A DNA stretch of 64,000 bases from Eledone cirrhosa (Eukaryota): NCBI GenBank assembly GCA_964016885.1, contig OZ024743.1, forward strand, positions 196,912,001-196,976,000, read 5' to 3'. This document shows positions 25,120-39,213 of the stretch, one piece after another (within the stretch, counting starts at the first letter, position 1; each line of letters starts with the position of its first letter). A program made the translations under genes and the position numbers. Below the pieces are notes generated by a model. The model did not search any database and was not told the origin of the DNA. It worked only from the letters and a program-made list of their open reading frames with translations.

Positions 25120-25720
25120 GAAGACTAAAATCCAAAGAGGGCTCGATAAGGATAAATATATATCAAATATATAAGAACCGTAGAGCAAATATTTATTAAA
25201 ATAACAGATTAAAGTTTAAGCAAAGAATCGGCTGCTTTCACCCTTAATGGGATCTTCTGAAACTAAAAAAAAGAAAAAAAAGAAAAAAAAGAAAAAAAAG
25301 AAAAAAAAGAAAAAAAAAAATCAATCTGTGAACGCAGAAGTAAATATTTCGAAAAATGTTGCAACTGAAGGAAGACAGGAAGGCGATACTTTGGTTCGTG
25401 GAGACGTAGTTTTAGGTATTTCTTCCTGCTTGGTACGGGTATATTCTTTGTAGAAATATTCAGATGTTGTTTCTGCACGATGAATATAAGTCAATAGAGT
25501 ACTCAATCAAGGGAACCAAATAATAATAATAAATTTGAAGACTAACATCCAAAGAGGGCTCGATAAGGATAAATATATATCAAATATATAAGAACCGTAG
25601 AGCAAATATTTATTAAACTAACAGATTAAAGTTTAAGCAAAGAATCGGCTGCTTTCACCCTTAATGGGATCTTCTGAAACTAAAAAAAAATCAATCTGTG
25701 AACGCAGAAGTAAATATTTC
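25120..25720 (-). mobile_element. Penelope-like/retrozyme-like partial tandem (417 bp period) with hammerhead motifs
   Basis: Direct repeat starting at 25120 and 25537; each copy has a type I hammerhead topology followed by AATAAA on the minus strand. Confidence 0.75.
25213..25264 (-). ncRNA. Variant type I hammerhead ribozyme
   Basis: AGTTT-CAGAAGA-T.CCC attaa GGG.T-GAAA-GCA loop TGC-TT-AAACT; identical copy at 25630-25681. Confidence 0.6.
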
Positions 25721-25834
25721 TAAGCCGACCTTTCCCAATTGCACCTCTCAAGGGCAATGACACATGACCATGACCTCTGGCGTCACACAGTAATATAGAA
25801 GACCCGACTTTACACAGGAACATATAGACAATAT

Positions 25835-28800
25835 TTGTTTTCCTATGTTTTTTTTATGTCCTATCAACTAATCCGACCTCCAAAATGCTTGGAATTGACT
25901 ATTTTTTTAGCATATTAACAACAAATATGATTTCCACTGCAATTAAAAATGACTAGCTTTGTGAATGGTTTTTCTACATTTTTCTACAAAGCTAATCATT
26001 GATGATAGGTTTCAAAGTTATATTCATTCATAATATGTGGAAAAAATAGTCAACTGCGAGCATTGGTGTGATGTAAATGGTAGGAGTAGGTGTTCTGTAA
26101 TAAATTTACCATATGGTGAAGTATGGTTATGGTGAAGTATATGGTGTGGATTGGGGTAGATTAATGTGCTGTGGTATGCTTTGTTATAAGTGAGAATTTA
26201 AATTTCCACTTTGATTTATGTTAGAATAAAAATGTTTCCTTCATTTTTGCATGTGCTATCAACTTCCAAGATGCTCTCAGTGGACTATGCTTTTAGCATA
26301 TTAACAAAAAATATGACTTCCGCTGCAATAAAAAATGACTAGCTTTGTAAATGGTATTTCCACACACATGCTCCCTCTTTTTTCTACAAAGTTAGTCATT
26401 TTCATCAGGTTTCCATGTCATAACCATTGATAATATGTGCATAAAATAGTAATTTGCGAGCACCATATATGTCAAATTGGGTGGTAAGCACAGAAGAAAA
26501 AAAAAAAAAAAATTGCCAAATGAAAATTTGTCACACCAAAATCAATAGCTTGGTGTGATGTAGTATGGTGTGGTTTGGTGGGGTTTCTACAAAGATAGTC
26601 ATTTTCGACAGGTTTCCATGTCATAATTGTTGATATGTGGAAAACAAATAGTCAATTGGGAGCACCTTTAATGTCAGATTGGGTGGTAAGCAGACACACA
26701 CAAAAAAAAAAAAGGAAAGGGGAAGAAAATGTTTCACACCAAGATCAATAGCTGGGTGTGATGTAGTATGGTGTAACTTGGTATGATGTGGTTTGGTTTG
26801 GTTTGGTTTGGTGAAGTTATGAAATGGAAACCAATTGTAAATGATAGATCCCCATGTCATTCATTGATAATGTGTAGGAAAATAGTCATTTGCAAGCACC
26901 TTTAATGTTAGTTTGAGGTGGTAACCACAAAAAAAAAAAGGGAATGTAGCAAATTTGTCACATTGATGTCCATACCATGGTGTGATGTAATTAATTTACC
27001 ATATAGTGAAGTATGGTTATGGTGTGGATTGAGGTAGATTAATGTGCTGTGGTGTGCTTTGTTATAAGTGAAGATTTAAATTTCCACTTTGATTTATGTT
27101 AGAAAAAAAATTTGCCTTCATTTTTGCATGTACTATCAACTTCCAAGATGTTCGCAGTGGACTATGCTTTTAGCATATTAACAAAAAATATGACTTCCGC
27201 TGCAATAAAAAATGACGAGCTTTGTAAATGGTATTTCCACCCACATCCTCCCTCTTTTTTCTACAAAGCTAGTCATTTTCATCATGTTTCCATGTCATAA
27301 TCATTGATAATATGGGCAGAAAATAGTAATTTGCAAGCACCATTTATGTCAAATTGGATGGCAGGCACAAAAAAAAAAAAAAATTGCTGTATGAAAATTT
27401 GTCACACCAAAATCAATAGCTTGGTGTGATGTAGTATGGTGTGGTTTGGTGAAGTTTCTACAAAGATAGTCATTTTCAACAGGTTTCCATGTCATAATTA
27501 TTGATAAGTGGAAAAAAAATAGTCAATTGGGAGCACCTTTAATGTCAGATTGGGTGGTAAGCACACACACAAAAAAAAAGGAAACGGGAAGAAAATGTTA
27601 TACACCAAGATCAATAGCTTGGTGTGATGTAGTATGGTGTAACTTGCTATGGTATGGTGTGGTTTGGTTTGGTGAAGTTATGAAATGGAAACCAATGTAA
27701 ACGATCGATTCCCATGTCATATTCATTGATGTGTGGGGAAAATAGTTATTTGCAAGCCCCTTTGATGTTAGTTTGAGGTGGTAACCACAAAAAAAAAGCA
27801 GGTAGCAAATTTGTCACATTGATGTCCATACCATAGTGTGATGTAATTAATTTACCATATAGTGAAGTATGGTTATGGTGTGGATTGGGGTAGATTAATG
27901 TGCTGTGGTGTGCTTTGTTATAAGTGAGGATTTAAATTTCCACTTTGATTTATGTTAGAAAAAAAATGTTTCCTTCATTTTTGCATGTGCTATCAATTTC
28001 CACGATGCTCGCAGTGGACTATGCTTTTAGCATATTAACAAAAAATATGACTTCCGCTGCAATAAAAAATGACTGGCTTTGTAAATGGTATTTCCACCCA
28101 CATCCTCCCTCTTTTTTTCTACAAAGCTAGTCATTTTCATCAGGTTTCCATGTCATAACCATTGATAATATGTGCATAAAATAGTAATTTGCGAGCACCA
28201 TTTATGTCAAATTGGGTGGCAGGCACGAAAAAAAAAAAAAAAAAAAAATTTGCCGGATGAAAATTTGTCACACCAAAATCAATAGCTTGGTGTGATGTAG
28301 TATGGTGTGGTTTGGTGAAGTTTCTACAAAGATAGTCATTTTCAACAGGTTTCCATGTCATAATTATTGATAAGTGGAAAAAAAATAGTCAATTGGGAGC
28401 ACCTTTAATGTCAGATTGGGTGGTAAGCACACACAAAAAAAAAAAAAAGGAAACGGGAAGAAAATGTTTCACACCAAGATCAATAGCTTGGTGTGATGTA
28501 GTATGGTGTAACTTGCTATGGTATGGTGTGGTTTGGTTTGGTGAAGTTATGAAATGGAAACCAATTGTAAACGATAGATTCCCATGTCATATTCATTGAT
28601 AATGTGTGGGGAAAATAGTCATTTGCAAGCACCTTTGATGTTAGTTTGAGGTGGTAACCACAAAAAAAAAAAAAGCGGGTAGCAAATTTGTCACATTGAT
28701 GTCCATACCATGGTGTGATGTAATAAATTCACCATATAGTGAAGTATGGTTATGGTGTGGATTGGGGTAGATTAATGTGCTGTGGTGTGCTTTGTTATAA

Positions 28801-31800
28801 GTGAGGATTTAAATTTCCACTTTGATTTATGTTAGAAAAAAAATTTTTCCTTCATTTTTGCATGTGCTATCAACTTCCAAGAATCTCGCAGTGGACTATG
28901 CTTTTAGCATATTAAACAAAAAATATGACTTCCGCTGCAATAAAAAATGGCTAGCTTTGTAAATGATATTTCCACCCACATCCTCCTTCTTTTTTCCTCA
29001 AAGCTAATCATTTTCATCAGGTTGCCATGTCATAACCATTGATAATATGGGCAGAAAATAGTAATTTGCGAGCACCATATATGTCAAATTGGGTGGTAAG
29101 CACAGAAAAAAAAAGAAAAAAAATGCCAAATGAAAATTTGTCACACCAAAATCAATAGCTTGGTGTGATGTAGTATGGTGTGGTGTGGTTTGGTGAAGTT
29201 TCTAAAAAGATAGTCATTTTCGACAGGTTTCCATGTCATAATTATTGATATGTGAAAAAAAAAGAAAATTGGGAGCACCTTTAATGTCAGATTGGGTAGT
29301 AATCACAGAGAAAAAAAGTTTCACACCGAGATCAATAGCTCGGTACGATGTAGTATGGTGTAAATTGGTATGGTGTGGTTTGGTTTGGTGAAGTTATGAA
29401 ATGGAAACCAATTCTAAACGATAGATTCCCATGTCATAATCATTGATAATGTGGGAAAATGGTCATTTGCAAGCACCTTTGATGTTAGTTTGGGTGGTAA
29501 CCACGAAAAAAAATAAAAAACGTACCAAATTTGTCACATTGATGTCCATACCATGGTGTGATGTAATTAATTTACCATATAGTGAAGTATTGTTATGGTG
29601 TGGATTGGGGTAGATTAATGTGCTGTGCTTTGTTATAAGTGAGGATTTAAGTTTCCACTTTGATTTATGTTAGAAAAAAAATTTTTCATTCATTTTTGCA
29701 TGTGCTATCAACTTCCAAGAATCGCGCAGTGGACTATGCTTTTAGCATATTAACAAAAAATATGACTTCCGCTGCAATAAAAAATGGCTCGCTTTGTAAA
29801 TGGTATTTCCACCCACATCCTCCCTCTTTTTTCTACAAAGCTAGTCATTTTCATCATGTTTCCATGTCATAAACATTGATAATATGTGCATGAAATAGTA
29901 ATTTGCGAGCACCATATATGTCAAATTGGGTGGCAGGCACAAAAATAAAAAAAAAATAAAAAATTGCCGGATGAAAATTTGTCACACCAAAATCAATAGC
30001 TTGGTGTGATGTAGTATGGTGTGGTTTGGTGAAGTTTCTACAAAGATAGTCATTTTCGACAGGTTTCCATGTCATAATTATTGATATGTGGAAAAAAAAT
30101 AGTCAATTGGGAGCACCTTTAATGTCAGATTGGGTGGTAAGCACACACACAAAAAAAAAAAAAGGAAACGGGAAGAAAATGTTTCACACCAAGATCAATA
30201 GCTTGGTGTGCTGTAGTATGGTGTAACTTGCTATGGTGTGGTTTGGTTTGGTGAAGTTATGAAATGGAAACCAATTGTAAACGACAGATTCCCATGTCAT
30301 ATTCATTGATAATGTGTGGGGAAAATAGTCATTTGCAAGCACCTTTGATGTTAGTTTGAGGTGGTAATCACAAAAAAAAAAAAAGGTAGCAAATTTGTCA
30401 CATTGATGTCCATACCATGGTGTGATGTAATTAATTTACCATATAGTGAAGTATGGTTATGGTGTGGATTGGGGTAGAGTAATGTGCTGTGGTGTGCTTT
30501 GTTATAAGTGAGGATTTAAATTTCCACTTTGATTTATGTTAGAAAAAAATGTTTCCTTCATTTTTGCATGTGCTATCAACTTCCAAGATGCTCGCAGTGG
30601 ACTATGCTTTTAGCATATTAACAAAAAATATGACTTCCGCTGCAATAAAAAATGACTGGCTTTGTAAATGGTATTTTCACCCACATCCTCCCTCTTTTTT
30701 TCTACAAAGCTAGTCATTTTCATCAGGTTTCCATGTCATAACCATTGATAATATGGGCAGAAAATAGTAATTTGCGAGCACCATTTATGTCAAATTGGGT
30801 GGTAAGCACACAACAAAATAAAGAAAAAAAAAAAAATGCCAAATGAAAATTTGTCACACCAAAATCAATATCTTGGTGTGATGTAGTATGGTGTGGTTTG
30901 GTGAAATTTCTACAAAGATAGTCATTTTCGACAGGTTTCCATGTCATAATTATTGATATGTGAAAAAAAAAAGAAAATTGGGAGCACCTTTAATGTCAGA
31001 TTGGGTAGTAAGCACAGAGAAAAAAAAAAGAAAATGGAAAAAAATGTTTCACACCAAGATCAATAGCTTGGTGCGATGTAGTATGGTGTGGTTTGGTTTG
31101 GTGAAGTTATGAAATGGAAACCAATTCTAAACGATAGATTCCCATGTCATATTCATTGATAATGTGGGAAAATAGTCATTTGCAAGCACCGTTGATGTTA
31201 GTTTGGGTGGTAACCATAAAAAAAAAAAAATAAAAAATTGCCGGATGAAAATTTGTCACACCAAAATCAATACCTTGGTGTGATGTAGTATAGTGTGGTT
31301 TGGTGAAGTTTCTACAAAGATAGTCATTTTCGACAGGTTTCCATGTCATAATTATTGATAAGTGGAAAGAAAATAGTCAATTGGGAGCACCTTTAATGTC
31401 AGATTGGGTGGTAAGCACACACACAAAAAAAAAAAGGAAACGGGAAGAAAATGTTTTACACCAAGATCAATAGCCTGGTGTGATGTAGTATGGTGTAAGT
31501 TGCTATGGTGTGGTTTGGTTTGGTTTGGTGAAGTTATGAAATGGAAACCAATTGTAAACAATAGTTTCCCATGTCATATTCATTGATAATGTGTGGGGAA
31601 AATAGTCATTTGCAAGCACCTTTGATGTTAGTTTGAGGTGGTAACAACAATAAAAAAAGCAGGTAGCAAATTTGTCACATTGATGTCCATACCATGGTGT
31701 GATGTAATTAATTTACCATATAGTGAAGTATGGTTATGGTGTGGATTGGGGTAGATTAATGTGCTGTGGTGTGCTTTGTTATAAGTGAGGATTTAAATTT

Positions 31801-32730
31801 CCACTTTGATTTATGTTAGAAAAAAAATGTTTCCTTCATTTTTGCATGTGCTATCAACTTCCACGATGCTCGCAGTGGACTATGCTTTTAGCATATTAAC
31901 AAAAAATATGACTTACGCTGCAATAAAAAATGACTGGCTTTGTAAATGGTAATTCCACCCACATCCTCCCTCTTTTTTTCTACAAAGCTAGTCATTTTCA
32001 TCAGGTTTCCATGTCATAACCATTGATAATATGGGCAGAAAATAGTAATTTGCGAGCACCATATATGTCAAATTGGGTGGTAAGCACACAACAAAAAAAA
32101 GAAAAAAAAAAAAATGCCAAATGAAAATTTGTCACACCAAAATCAATATCTTGGTGTGATGTAGTATGGTGTGGTTTGGTGAAATTTCTACAAAGATAGT
32201 CATTTTCGACAGGTTTCCATGTCATAATTATTGATATGTGAAAAAAAAAAGAAAATTGGGAGCACCTTTAATGTCAGATTGGGTGGTAAGCACACAGAAA
32301 AAAAAAAGAAAACGGAAAAAATGTTTCACACCAAGATCAATAGCTTGGTGCGATGTAGTATGGTGTGGTTTGGTTTGGTGAAGTTATGAAATGGAAACCA
32401 ATTCTAAACGATAGATTCCCATGTCATATTCATTGATAATGTGGGAAAATAGTCATTTGCAAGCACCGTTGATCTTAGTTTGGGTGGTAACCACAAAAAA
32501 AAAAAAAAAAAAAAAAATTGCCAGATGAAAATTTGTCACACCAAAATCAATATCTTGGTGTGATGTAGTATGATGTGGTTTGGTGAAGTTTCTACAAAGA
32601 TAGTCATTTTCGACAGGTTTCCATGTCATAATTATTGATAAGTAAAAAAAAATAGTCAATTGGGAGCACCTTTAATGTCAGATTGGGTAGTAAGCACACA
32701 GAAAAAAAAAAAAGGAAACGGAAAAAAATG
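25835..32730. repeat. Higher-order satellite array (~840-880 bp units built from ~200 bp subunits)
   Basis: Marker aatttccactttgatttatg at 26201, 27079, 27935, 28812, 29650, 30519, 31796. Confidence 0.95.
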
Positions 32731-32779
32731 TGTTATTGTGTTGCATCGTATAGCGTGATTCTCTTTAAATTAAAATGTA

Positions 32780-35700
32780 ATGCCTATCTTCTATATCTTA
32801 AAGAGTGACCTTAAATGTGATTGCAAATGACTTTTTTCTCTGGGTTAATGTTAGATGTACGGTTAGTGTTAGGGTAAGTTTTACTGTTAATGGTAAGTTT
32901 ATTGTTCGTGACTGTTACTGTTAGGATTACTGTCACTGTTAGTGTTACTGTAACTGTTACAGTTACTGTTTGCGTTACTGTCTGCATCAGCGTTAGCATT
33001 TGCATAAGCATTTATGTAAGCTTTGTGTTAGTGTCTATGTAGACTGGTGTTAGCATCTGTGTTAGTGTTTGGATTAGCCTTAGTGTTTGCGTAAGTGTCA
33101 GCATCTATGTCAGCATTTGCGTCAGCGTCTGCACTGGTGATAGTGATTGCAGTCAGCATTTCCCTTAACGTCTGAGTAAACATTAGTGTTAGCATTCGTG
33201 TTTGTTTCAGTGCCTACGTCTACGTCAGCTTCTGAGTCAGCATTATCATTAGCGTCCGCGTCAGCACTTGTGTCAGTGTCAGCATTTCCCTCGGTGTCAG
33301 CGTTTGCATCAGCGTGCACGTCAGCATTTGCATTAGTGTTTGAGTCAGTGTTAGCGTCAGTGTTTGCATTTGTGTAGGGGTTAGCATTTGCGTCAGCATC
33401 TGCATCAGCATTCACATTTGCATTAGCGTTTGCGACAGCATTTCCTTTAACGTCTTTGTCAGCATTTCCGTTAGCGTCTGTGTCAGTGTTTCCGTTAGCT
33501 TCTACGTCAGTGTTTACGTTAGCGTCTGTGTCAGTGTTTCCGTTAGCTTCTACGTCAGTGTTTACGTTAGCGTCTGTGTCAGTGTTTCCGTTAGCTTCTA
33601 CGTCAGTGTTTACGTTAGCGTCTGTGTCAGTGTTTCTGTTAGCTTCTACGTCAGCATTTCCGACCGCGTCTGTGTCAGCGTCAGTATTTACATCTACATC
33701 AGCGTCAGCGTTTCAGTTAACATCAGTGTTTACATTAGCGTCTGTGTCAGCGTTTACGTTAGCGTCTGTGTCAGCATTTACGTTAGCGTGTGTGTCAGCA
33801 TTTACGTTAGCTTCTACGTCAGCGTTTCCGTAACGTCTACGTCAGCGTTTCCGTAACGTCTACGTCAGCGTTTTCCGTTAGCATTGGCGTTTCCATCAAC
33901 CTTTCCTGTGGTGTCCGCATCATTGCAGCGTCTGCATATCCCATGTAAGCGTTAACTTCAGCATTTGCATCAGCGTTAGCCTTAGCCATAGCGTCCGCAT
34001 CAGCATTTGCATTAGTGTCAGCATACACGTCAGCGCCGGCGTACTGCCTCAACATTTGCGTCAGCGTTAGCTTGGCTTTGGCTTCAGCAATCTGCATCAG
34101 CAATTGCGTTTTGGAGATCAGCTTCGGCGGTAAGGGTAAACGCTAATTTCTACGCCTGCTTCTACGTAACAACTACGTCAGCGTTTTGTTAGCTTCTACG
34201 TCAGCGTTTACGTTAGCTTCTACGTCAGCATTTACGTTAGCTTCTACGCCAGCATTTACGTTAGCTTCTACGTCAGCGTCTACGTTAGCTTCTACGTCAG
34301 CGTTTACGTTAACATCTACGTCAGCATTTACGTTAGCTTCTACGTCAGCATCTACATTAGCTTCTACGTCAGTGCTTACATTAGTGTCTCAGTGTTTGTG
34401 TTAGCTTCTACGTCAGCGTCTGTATTTACATCTACATCAGCGTCAGCATTTACATTTGCATCTGTGTCAGCGTTTACATTAGCTTCTACGTCATCGTTTA
34501 CATTAGCGTCTGTGTCATCGTTTATGTTAGCGTCTGTGTCAACGTGTGTTAGCATCTGTGTCAGCGTTTATGTTAGCGTCTGCGTCAGTGTTTATATTAG
34601 CATCTGCGTCAGTCTTTACGTTAGCATCTGTGTTAACGTGTGTTAGCGTCTGTGTCAGCATTTTCATTAGTGTTTGCATCAGTGTTTCCTTTAGCTTCTA
34701 CATCAATGTTTACGTCTGCGTTAAAGTTCACATTAGCATCGCTGTCATCGTTTGCATCAGCATTTGTGTTTGCTTTAACATCTGCATCAACATTTGCGTC
34801 TATGTTTGCATTAGTGTCTGCATTTGCTTTAGTGTTTGCATCAGCGTGAGCATTTGTGTCAGTGTCCACGTCAGCGTTAGAGTCTGTGTAGCATTTACAT
34901 CAGCGTGTGCGTCAGAGTCTTTGTCAGCATTCGCCTTTGCACCTGCATCAGTATTCACGTTACTGTTTGTGTCAGCGTAAGCGATTGTGTCAACATTTGC
35001 GCTAGCGTTTGTGCCAGCATAGCCATCTTCGTCAGCGTTGGCGTTAGTGTTAGTGTTTCCATTAGTGTTCGTGTTTGATTTTGTATTAGTGTTAGCATTT
35101 TTGTTAGTGTTAGTGTTCAGGTTAGTGTTTGTGTTAGTGTTCAGGTTAATGTTGATTTAGTTTTCTGGTTAGTGTTAGTTTTCAGATTAGGGCTCATGTT
35201 ACTTTTAGTGTTAGTGCTCAGGTTAGTGGTTTATGGTAGTGTTAGTTTTAGTGGTAGTGTTAGTGTTCAGGCTAATGTTCGTGTTAATGTCAGTTTTAGT
35301 GTTATTGTTCAGGTTAGTGTTTACGGTAGTGTTAGTTTTAGTGTTAGTGTTTAGGTTAATGTTATTTTTAGTGTAAGTGTTCAGGTTAGTGTTAGTGTTC
35401 AAGTTATGTTTGTGTTAATGTTAGTTTTAGTGTTAAGGTTAGTGTTAGAGATTCTGTTAGTTTTTGTTTTGTGTTAATATTTGTGTTAGTATCTCTGTTA
35501 GTATTAATGATTGATGTTTCCATTAGTGTTAGTGATTGTGTTAGCGTTAGTCTTTGTTTTTGTGTTAATGTTAGCATTAGTATTTCTGTTAGTGTTAGCA
35601 TGAGTGTTTGTGTTAGTGTTCAGGTTAATGTTAGCTTAGTTTTCAGGTTAGTGTTAGTGTTCAAGTTAATGTTAGTTTTAGTGTTAGAGATTGTGTTTGT

Positions 35701-37460
35701 GTTTGTTTTTGTGTTTGTTTTTGTGTTTGTTTTTGTGTTTATTTTTGTTTTTGTGTTAGTATCTCTGTTAGTGTTAGTTTTAGTGTAAGTGTTCAGGTTA
35801 GTGTTAGTGTTAGTTTTAGTGTTAAGGTTAGTGTTAGTATTTGTTTTTGTGTTAATATTTGTGTTAGTATCTCTGTTAGCATTAGTGTTTGATGTTTCCA
35901 TTAGTGTTAGTGATTGTGTTAGCGTTAGCATTAGTCTTTGTTTTTGTGTTAAAGTTAGCATTAATGTTAACATTAGTATTTCTGTTAGTGTTAGCATTAG
36001 TGTTAGCATTAGTGTTAGCATTAGTGTTAGCATTGAGGTTAATGTTAGCTTAGTTTTCTGGTTAGTATCAGTTTTCGTGTTAGTTTTAGTGTTAGTGTTC
36101 AGTTAGTGTTAGTTTTTATGGTAGTGTTAGTGTTACTGTTAGTGCTCAGATCAGTGTTAGTGTTTGTGTTACTGTTTATGGTAGTGTTAGTTTTAGTGCT
36201 AGTGTTTAGGTTAATGTTATTTTTAGTGTAAGTGTTCAGGTTAGTGTTAGTGTTCAAGTTATATTTGTGTTAATGTTAGTTTTAGTGTTAAGGTTAGTGT
36301 TAGAGATTGTGTTAGTGTTTGTTTTTGTGTTAATATTTGTGTTAGTATCTCTGTTAGCATTAGTGTTTGATGTTTCCATTAGTGTTAGTGATTGTGTTAG
36401 CGTTAGTCTTTGTTTTTGTTTTAATGTTAGCATTAGTATTTCTGTTAGTGTTAGCATGAGTGTTTGTGTTAGTGTTCAGGTTAATGTTAGCTTAGTTTTC
36501 AGGTTAGTGTTAGTGTTCAAGTTAATGTTAGTTTTAGTGTTAGAGATTGTGTTTGTCTTTGTTTTTGTGTTAATATTTGTGTTAGTATCTCTGTTAGTAT
36601 TAGTTTTAGTGTAAGTGTTCAGGTTAGTGTTAGTTTTAGTGTTAAGGTTAGTGTTAGTATTTGTTTTTGTGTTAATATTTGTGTTAGTATCTCTGTTAGC
36701 ATTAGTGTTTGATGTTTCCATTAGTGTTAGTGATTGTGTTAGCGTTAGTCTTTGTTTTTGTGTTAAGGTTAGCGTTAATGTTAACATTAGTATTTCTGTT
36801 AGTGTTAGCATTAGTGTTTATGTTAGTGTTCAGGTTAATGTTAGCTTAGTTGTCAGGTTAGAGTTAGTGTTCAAGTTAATGTTAGTTTTAGTGTTAGTGT
36901 TGAGGTTAGTTTTAGAGATTGTGTTAGTGTTTGTTTTTGTGTTAATATTTGTGTTAGTATCTCTGTTAGCGTTAGTGTTTGTTTTAGTGTTGAAGTTAAT
37001 GTTAGCTTAGTTTTCTGGTTAGTATCAGTTTTCAGATTAGTGTTTGTGTTATTGTTACTTTTAGTGTTAGTGCTCAGGTCAGTGTTAGTGTTTATGGTAG
37101 TGTTAGTTTTAGTGCTAGTGTTCAGGCTAATGTTTGTGCTAATGTTAGTTTTAGTGTAAGTGTTCAGGTTAGTGTTAGTGTTTGTATTAGTTTTTACGGT
37201 AGTGTTAGTTTTAGTGCTGGTGTTCAGGTTAGTGTTAGTGTCAGTTTTAGTGTTAGTGTTCAGGTTAGTGTTTGTGTTAGTTTTCTATTTAATGTTAGTT
37301 TTCAGATTTTGTGTTTGTGTTAGTTTTCATGTTAGCGCTAAGTTCACTGTTAGAGCATGTGTGAGTGCAAGTACTAGGGTAAATGTTATTTTTAAAGTTC
37401 GGTTTTAGCTTAAAGTTAGGTTTTCTACTTTCCAGGAAAAAAGTTGATCCTCTCTAACTT
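32780..37460. repeat. 4.6 kb degenerate hexamer array (GTTAGT/GTCAGC-type) inside a TIR-family element
   Basis: Strict 6-bp phasing with nested 18/24/36-mers; flanks homologous to the flanks of the TTAGGG-like core at 39555-39880. Confidence 0.85.
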
Positions 37461-38749
37461 GAGTAGTGTGATATAGTGTGGTAAAGTATAGTGTTTCATA
37501 GTCTTGTGTGGTATTGTCTATTGTTGTATAGTGTAGTATGGTATATTGTTTCATAGCATGGTCTGATGTGAGGTTGTACAGTGTTTTGTAGTGTGGTGTT
37601 GGATAATGTGGTATGGTATAATGTTTGTCAGTGTGGTATGGTATGGTATAGGTTGATGTAGTGTGGCTTACTTTGATTATCATAATACAAATAATAATAA
37701 CAATAATAATAGTAATAATAATTGTTCTTCTTGTTCATTTTCTTTGTCTTCTTCTGTGCCTTTGTTTTCTTCTGTGGCTTTGTTTTCTTCTGTGCCTTTG
37801 ACTTCTTCTGTGCCTTTGACTTCTTCTGTGCCTTTGACTTCTCCTCTGCCTTTATCTTCTCCTCTGCCATCTAAATACCAAAAACAAAGAATGTTAAACA
37901 TATATGTTGCCTATCTCTCAGACTTTACAAAGTGCTGAGGAGATAAAGTTAATTTAAAGAGCAGTGTGCTCATGCACTGTGATCCTATAATGTAGCTTAT
38001 AATCTATTTCATAACTAAAAAACAATGTCAAACATCAACAAAAATATATACAAATATCTTTGAATGTTTAAGTTAAACCTAAATAGATCGTATCTACAGG
38101 TCATTAGGTTAAGACTGAACTAAGATCATATCTATAAATCATTAGGTTTAGACTGAACTGAGATCATACTTTCTTCTTCTTTTCGTCATCTTCGTTTCCC
38201 GTGTCTTCTTTGTCTTTGTTGTCATTTTCATTTTAGTCGTCTGCTTCGTCGTCTTTTTCTTCTTTTCCATCTAAATATAAAAAAAAATTGTAAACAAATA
38301 TATAGCTGATCTCAGACTTACACGAAACACCGAGGAGATACAGTTAATATAATGAATGGGGAGCTCATATATATATATATATATATGGTATAGCATGGTG
38401 TTATGTGGTCTGGTGTGGTACAACATGGTGTGATGTGGTGTGGTATGATATGGTGAGGCGGGAGGGGGAACACACAACGTTAGATTAATGTTAACAATAC
38501 ATATGTAGCATCCACATGTGATGAGAAGGGGGAAACAGTGTTTAACTAATTTTAACATTACATGTAGCATCCATCTACAGATGATTAAGTTAAGACTGAG
38601 GTGTAATCATATGAAAAGGTCAATTTAAAACTACACTGAGATTCTGCTTAAAATGATGGTCAATGAAGTGTTTACTTACTCAGATCCTTTGAAATAACTT
38701 TCTCTTACTGTAACTGGACATACCTACGAAATAGAAAACAGTCAAATAG

Positions 38750-39200
38750 ACAGTGGTGTGGTGTAGTGTGGTGTGGTTTAGTGTAGTGGACAGTGGTGTA
38801 GTGTAGTGGAGTGTGGTGTAGTGTAGTGGAGTGTGGTTTAGTGTAGTGGACAGTGGTGTGGTGTAGTGGAGTGTGGTGGGATTTAGTGTGGTAGCATGTG
38901 GTGTGATGGCATGTGATGTGATGTGATGAAATGTGGTGTGGCGTGGTGAAATGAGGCGAGGTGAGGTGAAGCAAGGCGAGGCGTGGCGAGGCGAGGCTTT
39001 GTGAGGCTTTGCAAGGCTTTGCGAGGCGAGGCGAGGTTTTGCGAGGTGAGGCTTGGTGAGGCGAGGCTTTGCGAGGCGAAGCTAGGCGAGGCGAGGCTTT
39101 GCGAGGCTAGGCGAGGCGAGGCTTTGCGAGGCGAGGTTTTGCGAGGCGCGAGGCTTTGCGAGGCTTTGCGAGGTGAGGCTTTGCGAGGCGAGGTGAGACA
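38750..39200. repeat. Pentamer microsatellite (GTGTA/GTGTG grading to GCGAG/GCTTT)
   Basis: Direct inspection. Confidence 0.9.
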
Positions 39201-39213
39201 AGACGAGACGAGA

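Noticed and set aside
33122-37010. Asp/Ala/Asn/Thr-repeat and Val/Leu-rich ORFs resembling antifreeze or matrix proteins
   Set aside because: By-product of the 6-bp periodic array; frequent stops and frame breaks; bounded by transposon-like flanks.
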